DNA of 62,334 bases, counting the filler, from Sluysia triapertura (Eukaryota), in assembly GCA_046118255.1 (NCBI GenBank). It is 5 parts of 5 records of this genome, joined end to end, with 100 filler letters (N's around TTAATTAATTAA, not from the genome) between each part and the next. Parts side by side here need not be neighbours in the genome. Positions count along the whole stretch, not along the records: positions 11,347 to 23,507 come from JBJNIA010133622.1; positions 23,608 to 36,381 come from JBJNIA010082810.1; 3 more parts are not named here. One strand, given 5' to 3'. A model generated the notes under the pieces. That model was not told the origin of the DNA. It was given only the letters and a program-made list of their open reading frames with translations, and made no database searches. This document shows positions 12,789 to 26,600 of the stretch, piece by piece (positions within the stretch are counted from its first letter, which is position 1; each line of letters opens with the position of its first letter). A program made the position numbers and the translations under genes.

Positions 12789-14338
12789 TAAATATAAGAT
12801 TCCTAATAAATTTAAATATTAATATCGTCAATATTTTAGTAATATTTATAGCTCATCAATAAATTGTTTTGTGAATAATGAAGAATTCACTTAGTAAGGG
12901 GTGCGTGGATGTACAAAGATGTGATATAACGAGTGACTGGTCCAGTGTGGATTTGGTTTTCACTTACCACAATCAATAATAATTATAACAATTACGCTAA
13001 TAATATTAATAATTATTATGTCACTATAATGATAATATTATTCTCTGTTAATATTTCCTGTAAAAAGTGTGTGCTTTCAAAATTGAAGAAAATAATATAT
13101 ATACTTTTTCTAAATAGAAATTCATCTTTGTTTTATTTCCTGTCATATGCATTGTATTTTCCATTGTTACATTGTTGTTCCAGCCTTCTTCATCGGATTC
13201 TTTTTTCTATACATTGATTTAAATCGTCATAATAAAATGTCTTCTTTATTTTCAAATGAAAAACTTTTACTTTACTTATTGAAGTTTATTTTGAACTTGT
13301 ACCTTATGAGGAAATTTGAAAATATTAAATATTTAATACATTCTATGCTTTTCGAGGTTTATGAAGATGATTCTTTGAGTTTTTTAACCGTTTTTTCAGT
13401 TAAATATTCGTGGATGTGTAAATATGATGCAGTGATTGTGCAGTATTAATATTTACGTATTTTAAATTGTTTTATAAAATTTATTTCACATTATTATTGT
13501 TAAGTAATAATAGTAATAACAGAAATCATTATCACACACAGCACACTCACGAGTATTCCATATTTTGTAATTGTTGCAGATTATAAACTCTAAAATATAG
13601 TCCTCTCCTCTCCTTCCGAATTATTCGAGTTTCGTGGACTCCCACATCCTAGCGATACTATGTTCAGAAGATGTTAACTCGTTTCCCGCAAAGAATGTGT
13701 TAAAACACTAAGGTATATATTTGGTAACTATAATCTTCGAACCCAAACTCTTTCGTTATTACTGGAAAGTTTCAATCCGCACACAGACACATTCGTTGGT
13801 CACATCATTCATTCATTCATTCATGCATGCATGCACTTTTATTTAATAATTATGTGTCAGTTCGTGCTTGTTAGTATTCATTTCATTGACTCATTTTTCG
13901 TTCTTAATTTAATTATTTCTTTAAATTATTTTCGTTATTATTCTTACTTATTAATTTAAATTATAAAACCATTCTACAAAAGGTATTGTTTTTGTTTCCT
14001 GCTTTTTCTCGAAACAGAAAATGCAATTCAAATAGTTTTCAAACTGTCAAAAGTATGTCAAACTGAATAAACAAATGATTTGTTATTACAAACATGCATA
14101 TTCAGACACATGCACACAACAAACCCGAGAAATTAAAATGGAATGTAATTTTTGTCACTTTGTAGACCAATTCATTCTACTTTATTTTATTCTATCTGAT
14201 TTATTTTAAGCACTTTTGAGTACTTATTTTAATACATTACTTTCTCATCTTTAGTATATTATTCCTACAATCTAGCACTTCGTTTTGCAAGAGCTTCGTC
14301 AGAGTTTTGATTTCTTATTGGACAGTTTTTGTTAGATA

Positions 14339-14721
14339 CAGTGGTGACCAAATTAATAGACTAAAGACAACCACTTTTTTTGATAAAATTCAAGGATACT
14401 ATGAAACTATTAATCAAAAGTTGCATGTCTCCTTCTTACAAAGATGGTTTTGACAAACGACTCGTCATTAAAACACTCTCGACTCCAGTCATCCTCAGTT
14501 AAATGTTGGTGTTGCTTAGACCATGCCAACATTTGTCTGATCATCCATGATGTCAACTTAGGCTTTCTTCTGGGTTGTCTCGCTCGTAAGCCATTGTCTA
14601 CAAGCCTCCTTCTGGCACTAACGCGAATTCCGCAAGTCGTACTGGTAGAAAGTTTCACCAAATATTTATCATTTCTCACTGATGTTTTCTTCTTTCCGCC
14701 ACATTCTCGCAAAGAAAACAT
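14339..14721 (-). mobile_element. Internally deleted Tc1/mariner transposon remnant
   Basis: Translation RRRLVDNGLRARQPRRKPKLT...LAWSKQHQHLTEDDWSRECFNDES matches the Tc1 HTH region and the first catalytic Asp motif. A TA|CAGTGGTGACC terminus lies at 14337-14349; I could not find the partner TIR. Confidence 0.85.
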
Positions 14722-15468
14722 ATTTTTCCTGTTTTAAATATTAAATACCCAACCTTGAGTGAAGTTTTCCATATTTAATTCATTGATTTTCTGCATATAA
14801 CCAATAAACATGAAAACAGTAACATATATTAACGCATAAATCTTAATTTTTTCCTGTCGCGTGTCGAATAAATTTACTTAATTTTTTCCATAAAAACTTT
14901 AGCCGATAATCATTGCAAAATATCCGTACAAAATGTCCTGTACAATTGGATTTGATGTTGAACAGGGTCCTCGAGAGAAACCAAGAGAACCCCTTGATAA
15001 TTATTGTTCTTGTATTGGTAAAAATGAGAATTTGTTGTTATTGTGCAATACTGATTTAAAATAAAATTATCATTTGTCCTTGAATCAGCAATATTGATGA
15101 AGCTGATTTATTTTGATTGGTTAAATACGAAAATATTTGATTGATCACATGTTTATAGTTTAATGGCGTAATGGTTAATTTGAATAAGGTTCAAATTTTA
15201 TAAGGTTCTTTCAATTTTAATTTTGTACGTCATCAATATTTTATTCATAATCCATTTCCAGTTTGAAAATGACCAAAACGAAGTACTTTTGGTAACAAAT
15301 ATAACGCAAGAATTATCTATAATATTCAAAGTTTATAACGATCTTAGTTTAAAATTGACTTTAATTACAATACAGCTATTCAAAGGGTCCCAGATTTATT
15401 AGTTGGCCAATAATATTTCACTAAACACAAAGTCGACCACAATCAAGACTCATATGATAACAGAATTC

Positions 15469-16091
15469 TTAACCTATTCGCTGCCAATCCTAAATTGTAT
15501 GACGTTATTCGCTTTGAGTGTTATTGTTTATCTAAGATTTATTATTCCAAGATAAATACACACATTTTGTCATAAATAATCATCATTTACATGTATACTC
15601 GTGTGGTTGGCAATGGAAATGAATGCAACAGGACTCGATGTCCTTTTTCTTATTTGCACACACGTTTAAGCCAAAAAAACAAATCATGAAAGTATAAAAG
15701 TACTAAAAAAACGGGACACAATTTTCTGTAAATCTGCCGACGATTACTTAGATTGTATTTCGTGTCAGAGATAGTGAAATCATGTAATATTTTAATAAGT
15801 GAGTTTATCTGCAACATCTCTCTCATCAGTAAGAACAGTGTAGTTTTGTAGAGTCAGAAGTAGTACTATCAATAAATTATTAGTTGGGGGAATAAACATA
15901 ACAAATTAATAAATAAAGTAGAAATTTTGTAAAAACAATTTATTTGTAGCCCTTTTTTCAAGTTGTTACACCTGTATATTTTTATGTTTGTGGCCATAAA
16001 AGATTAGCAGCTTTCCACAAGTTGTACGTTATAATATATCTTGAAAGTGCCACGAGTATATTCGTGGTTGGCAATACGTGATTGGGGTTAA
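15469..16091. mobile_element. Possible piggyBac-like MITE
   Basis: Left end TTAA-CCTATTCGCTGCCAA; right end cacgagtatattcgtggTTGGCAATACGTGATTGGGG-TTAA. The TIR match is only partial. Confidence 0.3.
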
Positions 16092-16950
16092 TTTTATGAA
16101 CAAATACAAATCGGTTTTTCTTTTGTCGAACTTGAATTTCGTTGTTTTTAGATTGAAATCAATATTCTTATTTATCAGTGAACCAATAATCTACAGACGC
16201 ATCGATTATTATTATTATTAAAAGGAAGAAATTTTTGTAAGTTAAAATAGCATTAAAGTAATTAATGGAATTGATAATAATTGGTTAGAATACAATTGGT
16301 TGTAATTACAACTAATCAAATTAATCTTATCTATGATTCGACAAAATAAACAAATAATGTTTGAACAAAAGCATTAAACTCTCATCGACTGCAACTTTTA
16401 AATTAATCAAAAATTAAATTAAAATAAAAAACCAAATAATCTTAATAAAGGCTACAAAATGGTTTTAATACCGCATGAAGATAAATTTAGTGAAAATGTT
16501 ATATTGTGAAAAATATTTTTGAAAACTCTGGAACAAAACAATTATAAAAATCCAAGAATGACAACTCATTAATTAATTTTTCTGATATTGGTGATAGTAA
16601 TATAATCACAAGTTAGAAAACCCACATGTAGTTCTACTTAAAATTGTAATTAATGATGTAAGTGGTGATATAATCACTGATATCATTGATAAAAATATAT
16701 AAATTTAAAGATAGTTAAACTTTTAAACATCAAGTTTTCTAAACCTAGCCGAGATATAAAGTTATGTAAAGTTATGAATCATCATATTATGCAATGTTAT
16801 CACTGTCAGTTCACAATTGCAGATATAAATTAAATGACCCAATCGGCTTATACTGTTCTGAAAACGTAAAGGTACAACTTATCCGAATAAACAAATATTG
16901 AATAGTTCGATAAGTACATAAATTGGATCAAAAGTATTAATGATCGTAAT

Positions 16951-17227
16951 CCTTTAACTGCCTAGGGCTGTCGTCAATAAGCGATCTGATGAATTTCTCC
17001 TGGAACTGGTGTCATGTATCTATGTTATGAATATCTGATTTCATTTAGACACACAGGACATAGAAACTCGCATAATTTATTACTATTTGGTCTAATTATA
17101 AAGAATTATTTCCATTTTGTACCTAAAATAAGTATTGAGAAAATTTCAAATTTGAGGAAGTTCAACTTATGGAAGAAGGTAGACAATGTATTTTATTTTA
17201 GAGACAAAATATGAGTTATAGAAATAT
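16951..17227 (+). mobile_element. Repeat family D, copy 1 (piggyBac-like non-autonomous left end)
   Basis: Strong match to 57937-58107 (tagaaactc...tactatttgg.ctaattataaagaattatttccatttt...gtattgagaaaatttcaaatttga). Starts with CCTTTAACTGC. Confidence 0.65.
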
Positions 17228-19619
17228 ACACATCTAAATTAGTCGAATTTCTATTCCGAATCAAGTTTTATGGAAGATGTTTTAATGTACAATTTCTACT
17301 AGGAGATTAAGATGAAACATTTTGCACAAAAAATTTTAAATTTGATAATCGAAATACGTAAATCAATATTATTGTATTGTTCATATAGTAATATTGTGTG
17401 GGTATGTAAATCATCATCATAAAATCATCATAAATCAATATATGTAAATACATTGATAATAGTGTTCATAATAATATTCATTGTTGTGGCGTGATTTACA
17501 TAATAATATTCATTGTTATAACCTAATTAAATTTATTATAAAATAATGTATAATTTTATTATGAAATAATATTATAAATTTTCTATTATAATTTTCAACT
17601 AATGAAAATAATTTATTTGTATAATTAATTGGATACTACTTGTGACTATAATCTGAAATTATTGATTATTATAATATTATTCGTGACTATATTGGAAATA
17701 GTATAAAAAGATACGACACACAACAAAAATTACCATTATTATTATCAATACAAGTATTATTTCCATTACCATTACTATGGCCAGTACCATTACAAGTCAA
17801 GACAATAACGATATCTCAGAGTAAGAATTGTTTTGGAAATATCAAAATTCTAGTAAAAAATTTATTTATAAAATTTTATTTATAAACAATTGTTTTTATT
17901 TATACTTGAATTGATAAATTCCCATTAAAATTATTTTTTGTTTATATTTATAAATTGAACAGGGGTTGGACATCGAGTGATAGGTTGTAGTAATAAATTT
18001 TGAACTAAATAATTACAATCGGATTATTAATAATTATAATTCATCTAAGTGATTAAGTTGAAACCTGAACATTTACGAATAAAGTTCAATTACAGATGAG
18101 TATTGATTAAAGCATAACCGTATAACTATTATTAATAAATTATTAAACACTTCTATCCTGAACAGCGAGGACGAGTATACTGATTCATACCTCCAGTTAA
18201 GATTAATATAAAGTGATAACATTATTTGAGTAGTTCAGAATAACTATAAATTCTATAAAGAGATTTCAATTAATAATAAAAACAAAAATTTTTAAAGTAT
18301 AAAACGGTATCCAGACATATTTAAATTTGATACAAATTTAATAAAATAAAAATTAATAGATAACGCATAAATTTTTAAAGACTTAGAAGAAATTAAGATA
18401 AATTTTACATTAACATATATATACATTAACGCATTATAAAAACATTATTACACAATTATTATAAACAAGGTCTCTATATAATTTGGTTGTACTAAGTTTC
18501 GTTAAATCAGACAATATGAACAATGATTTAAAAGACATCAAACGACGAACGATGTTTTGTAGAAGAAAGATTACAAAAATGGTTACAATTTGTTGTTAGA
18601 TCTATAACACTATTTGTGTTATAAAATTAGTGTTGGTGGTGTTAGTTTTTCCTCTTGGGTCAATGAGCTCTACAAAATTTGATTTATCGATTTCGCCAAA
18701 TCTTTAGCCGGCTATAAATGTAATCATGAAATTTTATTATTTAATTAAGATGATAAATAACAAAACGAAAAACAAATATAAAAAATTTAAGATTAACCTA
18801 GAACAAGGGTCAACCCCAATACAATAAAATTATTAAAATGTGTAGTCTTAATAAACAAACCCTCAAAAAAATCCTTACCTATAACTTTATTAACTGCTTA
18901 ATACTGGTTTATAAAATATTATATTACTTTTTAACTTTATATTAAAATTTTCGTTTCAAAAAGTCAATAATTTATTGAATTACTTAATAAATTATAAATT
19001 TGATTTAAAACTTGTTTAAATAGAGATTTTATCACGTTTATCCGAGATTCTTTAATAAAAATTAAAGCAATTATTACATATAATAAAACAGAACAAATCA
19101 TTAAAAAATCATTCTTCAATCACATAATTAATCAGCTAATCGAAATTTATGAATTACACCAAAGAAAATTTTTATAACAATTTTGACGAAAATAGTAGAG
19201 AGTAATTTAGCTAATAAGTTATCTTCATATCTTTTATTTTGAAGCGATTTTGAATGAAATATTGTTGATGATAAATCAAAGGTTTAGGCAGACTTAAAAA
19301 TCTAGGAACCAATGCGAAAAGACAAAGTCTGAGTGAATAAAAACTTAGACTCTTCGCGTTAAAAATGTTCATTTCATTAAATGATAATGCAAATTTTTAT
19401 TGTATATTTTGCATTTTTATCATTTATGAATTTTTAACTTTTCGTATATTTTTTCTGCAAAATATATACGTTACGCTGTGGATTAAATTATGCTTAGAGT
19501 ACTGGAATAGAATCTAAAAATAAATTCTTGAAGTGACATGAACTATTAACAAGAATCTCCGAAAATCACGATCAATAGTAAATATTTTGTAGAATTTCTG
19601 TAAGTAGCAGGATATATAG

Positions 19620-20050
19620 AATTTCTATAAGCGAACAAACAAGGAGCTATGTATAAATCCCAGTCAGTCTGTCTGTCATTTACAAATGATTGTAACATGT
19701 TAGATAAAGTTCTATTGAATCTTTCAACAAGACTGTGGATGGTAAGGAGAAGTGTAAATTCTTAATATATTAAATATTTTAGCAACTGACTTAATAATTT
19801 CGCTGGTAAAGTTCGTACCCTGATCTGTTAACAGTTTTCTTGGAGCTCCATATCTATATATAATTTTTTTCAACTAATATTTGAGCACAGTTTCGGCCTT
19901 TTGGTTAGGCATTGGATAAGCCTCTGGCCATTTAGTCAAGTAATCCGCAAAAACAATGATATATTTATTTCCTGTCACTGTTTCCGGTAATGGACCCATT
20001 ATATCCATAACCGTGAATTCCATTGGCGATAGTGGTGCAGTCATTGGTTT
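19620..20050 (-). mobile_element. Ty3/Gypsy integrase core fragment (frameshifted)
   Basis: MDIMGPLPETVTGNKYIIVFADYLTKWPEAYP, RYGAPRKLLTDQGTNFTS, TSPYHPQS, VERFNRTL and WDLYIAPCLFAYRN form a canonical rve D-D-E core. Confidence 0.95.
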
Positions 20051-20260
20051 TGTTCAGAATTTACTTTATTTTATCGGGTCCGCTTATAATCTAAGTTTTA
20101 TATCTCAGGGAAGACTTAGTTATAGGAAGTAATATGTCAATACCACGAAAAGACAATCTTAGTCTTGATGCATTATTCAAAAATTAATAGAGGGTTTATT
20201 ATTATGGTGTTTATTGTTTTTGATTGAGATGGATAATGTTTTAAAACTAAACTTTTAAAT

Positions 20261-22000
20261 TTAATGTGTTTTTAAGGTATGAGTTGAATTTGAGGGTGTA
20301 TGACTATTCTTATTAAGAAAGATAAGATTAAACGATGTTTTAAAGGTTATTAATGTGTATGAAAATTTTATCAGATGATTATTTAATTCAAAGTTCAGTA
20401 CTTGATAAAGTAATATGTTTATTGCTTTTCCTAATTCTATTGTTGTTACATTCTTGATACGCCTACAAAGTTTGCGGTAAATTTTAGAACTATTCAAACA
20501 ATAATATATATTAAGTCTATCATTGGAGTAATTTATTATATTATACTTAGTTTTTATATTCATAATTAGAGTTTTATTAAAAAATTGAAGAACTAGAATT
20601 AAAAGTCTATGATCAATGTTTATTATTAGACAACAAAAATTGTATATATGAAACTTAACTCCCAAATTTTGATGGATTTGAATAATTGCAGTAAATGTAT
20701 TAAAAATACCAATATCCACGCTTCGTCGGCATTTCATGATCCGGCCTGTATCTGGATTAATTAAAGAGCAATTAAATAGAAAAGTAAATTTGAAACTAAC
20801 TGAATCATTATTATACGAAAATTTATAAAAAGTGCTTATGACTACGTCTATGGCTTTACTATTTGCCAAAGAAATACTGAAAACTTCTTTCCATGGTCGT
20901 AACCCTGCCAATAAAGTTAATTGTACATTACTTGACGGAATCAATTCGTAATCGTATCCGTTTTTGCTTATCAATACGTAGGTTATGTCAGGATGTCTAA
21001 AATTCCATTGTTTTAACATTTGATTAATTCTAATCGAGTTTGGCATTGGACAGAAACATTTACTGGAAACTAGTCGTGAAATATATTGAATTATCTTCTG
21101 ATTAACTACATTAATGTGATGGTTGCAAAATTCATTTTTAAATAACTTTTGAATATCTGTAAGTATATTTGCCATTTTATCGAATACAGAATCATTATTC
21201 TTGGATAGACTAACTACTACCATTGGAGCTTTAATTAAGGTGAATTTTATTCTTAAATGTATCAATTCATATTGCCGAAACAATAATCTAATTATCAGAT
21301 CAACGAAACTAACTTTAAATGTCACATTTGAATGTCGACTACAATATATTAAATTAGAACCATTTCTTTCATGATAATATGCTAAAACTGAAAAAATGAT
21401 TATTAACATGCATTCTGAATGATATAAAATTATTTTCATAACTAACATAAAGTGGAATCATAACATATTTACCATGATTGTAATTATTTAAAAATAACGA
21501 TTTTGGAAGGTGGGCCCACTTTCTTGATATTAAAGATTTTAAAATTTCATGATTTGATTTAAATGGAATCCAACACTTTATATTAATCTTGAAAATCGGT
21601 CCGAATACAAATGAATATAAATCATTTATGTTATTGCTGTTAATAGTCTTCATTAGAAATAATATTAAATTGTTTAATTCTTCCAACAACTCGTTTGATA
21701 AATCCAAACGGTACACTTTAAAACCTTTAGTTCTTGGCATCATGATAAAATAGTTGATAATTTTCACGCTATCGATGGCTCGTAATAACAAGGAAAATTC
21801 TTTACATAAAACACCAGTTGAGATATACGTGTAAGGTGTAATAAAATTATCATACACTTTGTTGAATTATATTTTTGAAATTCGTCTGAAAAATTCTCGA
21901 CTGTTTTATGTCTAGGCAGAAAATTTTGTGCCCATCCTTTTTTTGATTCTATTTTTTGGTTGTATATATTTTGTTTACCAATTTTTGTTTTGTCATCCAA
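20261..22000 (-). CDS. Orphan coding region of three overlapping ORFs (78, 162 and 395 aa), function unknown
   Basis: A 395-codon stop-free frame is very unlikely by chance in DNA this AT-rich. A phase-compatible intron at 21472-21388 (gtaaat...ttttttcag) could join ORF2 to ORF3. The ORF1-ORF2 join is unresolved. Confidence 0.55.
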
Positions 22001-23507
22001 TCATGACTCAGATAATACATTGCTCAATCTCACTGTCGTGATTGGATGTTGTAAAAGTTAATTAATTTATTACAATGAACCACCATCAGTAGTGATGTGG
22101 AGATGGCAATAATGAATGAAATGTCACTACTGATGATGGTGACGACAAAATTCAATCTAGTGTGAAAAATAGTAAAAATAATAATATTGTTATTATTATG
22201 ATTATTAAATAAAATTACATAAATTAATCTTTACGTTTTCTACATGATCTTTTTCTTTCAGTTTCTTAACCTTCTTACATACAAAATGATGAAATGAAAT
22301 AAAAGATGAACAAAGCGAATAATAAACTGTGAAGGAGCAACGGTAACAAGGTATAGTAAGTATCGGTTATCGTTATTGCTTCACAGTCAGATAATGAATT
22401 CTTTAAAGTTATTTAAGATTTGTTTTGAAAAATGTAATGGTTTAGGTTGTAAGTGAAATGAAGAATGTTAGAATAATTTATTGAAGCTTATTGAAAGTTT
22501 ATAATTTGAAAACAAGATTTATGCATTAGATATAGTGGTTTAAAATGCTTATTGAAAGGTTGAAGTTATTTTAATTTTAAATGATGATTACAAAATAAAC
22601 TTTAATATATTATAATGTTGTTGCGAGTAATTGTGAATGATGAATATGTGTAAATGAAATGGGTTTAGGTCGGTGTTGTTGATTAAGGTTTTAAATGGAA
22701 ATGATCTATGTTTCTAAGGTTTTTGTTAGGGTTATTCGATAAAGCCATTATATTTATGATCTGTGAAGTTTAAATTATGATTGTGATTTGTTTGTTGAAA
22801 TATCTGGTGATTGAATGTTGTAAATTGTTCGAGGTTAAATTTCTGTGTTTATTGTGCTATTGATAGTTGAAATGTTAGTTAAATTGTTGATATATGTGAG
22901 TTGATGAGATGTTGTAAATATCGAATGTTATTTTATGGTGTTTGTGTTGGTGTAGTTTGATAGTAGAAGGAAAGTGATTGTTTTAAAATTTGAATTTTGA
23001 TGAAATTTAATTTGTGAATATTATATGTGAAATTTTGATTGATTTTAAATTATGAGTGCTGTCCACCACAAATGATATAGAAATGTGCTCTTGTCTCCAA
23101 ATTCTATCACTATGATCGTTAAAATTCTTATGAAATTAATATTAAATTAAACGTGATTCTTATTTTTTAATAATAGCAAACAAAATGAAATATATATTAA
23201 TTAGGAGTTATTCCGTAGTTCACAATGATTATAAACTCGACTTAAACTTTTTATTTATAAAACAAAAAACTCAAAACTCCTCTAATGTTTTTTATTATTA
23301 CACAAAATTGAAAAATTAAAAATAAATATTAAATGATAATAAATGGCACACAAAAATAATACTATAAAGTTAATATTAATAACAAAATTTCAAAAATAAT
23401 AAAATTATAATAACAATAAGAAATTTTAATTATAATAAGGGTCTAGCCCAGAAGACTCTACCCTACAATATTTATTTTATAATTGGTCTTAAGGACCAAC
23501 TAAAGAT

Positions 23508-23607
23508 NNNNNNNNNNNNNNNNNNNNNNNNNNNNNNNNNNNNNNNNNNNNTTAATTAATTAANNNNNNNNNNNNNNNNNNNNNNNNNNNNNNNNNNNNN
23601 NNNNNNN
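23508..23607. other. Artificial contig spacer
   Basis: 44N-TTAATTAATTAA-44N. Confidence 0.98.
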
Positions 23608-26600
23608 GCAGCTGAAAATATGGATGGAGGACAACAGAGCTGCTTCATGGAAGAAGAACCTCAGCTTAGCCTGTTAGCTTTAGCGTTAGCCCCGATGCTA
23701 TCACCATATATATGTATTAGCTCAGCGCTACACATTCTCCTCTCATCACTGAGGTCCTCCATCCACATGGTTATTTCATGTTCAATCTTCTATGTTCTTT
23801 GTTATTAGCAGATATAACAAAGTAATGGCATAAAAAGTACCACCTTGGCATGTAAAGAGTTTGCATTTCTGCATTAATAAACAAGGAGTACTTAAGATAG
23901 CCAAAATCAGTGCCTGGAGACTGCTTTTGATGATGTAATGGGTAGAAACTATCAGCTTGAGTCTGCGGACCCAAGGTGGAAGAGGCTGACGGAGTTGTGA
24001 ACTGAATGGAGCTTATTACAAGTCTATCAACTTATGTCTTGCAGTTATTACTCTGTCTTCCAACACTGTATTTTGTTTTCTTACAGTACTATTTAAATTT
24101 TAAGTGTCAACTCTGTTCTGCTTAGGTTAAGCTCCAAAAATGTCTATTATGTTGTTGACATTTCTTGTATTTGTTGTAATCATGTGTGCTACTACATATT
24201 ATTTCTGATGTATTGGTCTATATTCATCAAACAATAAAAAATAAAGGCGGTGGAACAAAATGATCAATTTTGTCAATACAAATATGATTTTACTGTCTAT
24301 GCCTTTGATGTGAAAATCAGTGAACAAAGAAAAGTAATTTACAAAATTTTAGTGTGATCTCAATAGTTTTTAGATGTCTTTGTTTGATCAGTGCCGTATA
24401 GTCATACCAAATAGCCATTCAGAACAAAGGGTGTCTGCAATCGCAAAGTGTGAGTTTCTTTTCTGTCGGCAGAGTTTGTGTAAGAACCTATTTAATGTAT
24501 AGACAGAAAATAATCAATGTTGAGAACAATTTATTTTAAATGTAAAAACAGTTTATTGACTCCAGTATAAAATATGAAAAAGTTACTAATATTCGAAGAA
24601 TGCAAAATATCGATGTCAAATTAGGTCCAGAAATCATCTTAATTTCTGTATTTTTAAAAACTGATTTTTACACAAATTGATTATATATGTTATCAAGCAT
24701 GACTGTTGTCAAAACGTATGGTGTTCACCTGTGTGCACCTCCCTGTCTCAAGTAATTGCATTAAATTAGAACAGAATTTGAAATCTGATTAATCGCACTT
24801 TCCTGCTGCCTTTCTTACACCTTTGCAGACTTGTCTTTCCATCCAGTCACGGCATGAACAAACACCCTGTAAACTTCAATCAAACCAATCAATGTTTACT
24901 GCCATGGTGCGCAAATGTGGTCATTGTGAGCCAATATCCTGTGTTAAATTTGTTTTGATGCCCTGGCACACCTGGTTGAAAGCAATTATTTTCTAGCTTT
25001 TGCAGAACACATTTGAGGAAATAACTATGTTGTCATGAAATTACTTGAAAAAAGTCTCCTCTAAGAATACTTTTGCTGAAAGCTAAAAAAGTATCGCATT
25101 TTTTGTAATAAATTTTAAAAAGTAAATTGATCACATAAAATTTACATGAGTATTAAAAGTTGAAGTATTGAACTATTTTTCTATATTACAACTCTGCTCA
25201 CGTTTGGGTAGTCTGACGCCGCTGTCATTGAAACTGAACCCTAACCGTGTTGATGTTGACAATATTTTTTAATTTTGTGGGGCCCACCGCAGGCAAACCA
25301 AATACAGCCAGTGGAACATCATGTGAGTTTCTGCTAACCCTGAGATTGACATATTAATAAATCAACCATATAGCTCAAGTATATAAAATGGTTATCCACA
25401 AACTGTCTCATCTAACCGTCCAACCAAAACCCCAACAGCATCATGCTGGAATACTAGGGTTAGGGATACAACGTTACAGCCAGTCCATTTCATCTTTTAT
25501 CCGTGCTCTATATCCCACCAAATGCGATGACAGGAAACTTTGACCCTGCAGCAACAGCGAATGAGAAGTTGTGAACTTAACTATGTTGGACCCCCCAAAA
25601 ACCCTATTTCTGAACATATTTTGTGTTTTTACACATTTGAACATGCACATACATGCACATAATTCTCATAGTCACACCTGCATGAGCCCAGACAGGGCTG
25701 ATTCGAATTTGGTTTCTCTAGGCCTTAGGTGTCTCAAGTTCAGGGTGTTTTTATTAGTCGCTTATTTTTGTCCTTGTCTTTGCAAGTTCTTTTGGGGGTC
25801 TTAACATGCATGTAGAGCATTCATAATCATAACATTTAATTATCAGCACCCCATGTAGCTGTTTCTATAGTTTGGGGCATGTACATGCTTACTGTCAGCA
25901 GTGGCGGCTGCATGACTGTATCCACGGTAATCAATAGAAGAAAAAGCAACATGGAGTCCACCAAAGGCCATTTCACCAACTCTTGCTCTTCAGGCAGCCA
26001 AATGGGCATGTAGAAGCTACCAAACTGTTAACAACAATCTGCACAAGTCCCACTTTGAAAAAGACAAGGTGTGACATATTCATTTCCAGGAAAGTTGGCA
26101 ACATTAGTGTGAACAATAGCGTTCTTCCTGTTTTTGACATAGGCCTGCTGCTTTAGGAAAGCTCTAGGATGCACTTACTGGCAACACATGTGCATTACAT
26201 GTAATTATATTATTCTGCTTTAATTTATCTCTTGGTAAATGTTACTTGTAACTTTGTATGTGCTTGGAGAGCCGAGTTACGCATGCAAAAGTGACATTTT
26301 GTCCGCAGTGGTTAAGATTAGACTGGAAAGGGATGAGGGGGTGGTGCATAAACTGTCTTACAGAGGGAGAAAACTGACCAACATGCTAAAATTTAAACCA
26401 TTTCGGTGCATTGCTTTGATACTAGTGAGCTTAAAATGCTTGCTTTTGAAGCAGATGAGGAACTGTAGTACCCAGAACTACCCCCAGTTCCTGGATGTTT
26501 ATTTTCACTCACAACGGCACAGTTCTGCTACAGCCAACCATCTGACACCTCAGGCTTACCTAAAGAAGTACAGAATGGATTTGTAGGAAACTTTCATGGA

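Noticed and set aside
20380-20730. SVDIGIFNTFT and YRKLCRRIKN in the 395-aa ORF, as possible TnpB/Fanzor RuvC-I and bridge-helix motifs
   Set aside because: No convincing RuvC-II Glu context, zinc finger or RuvC-III Asp follows, and there are no element ends. Too weak without a profile search.
25456-25466. TAGGGTTAGGG as an interstitial telomere
   Set aside because: Fewer than two full units; not meaningful.
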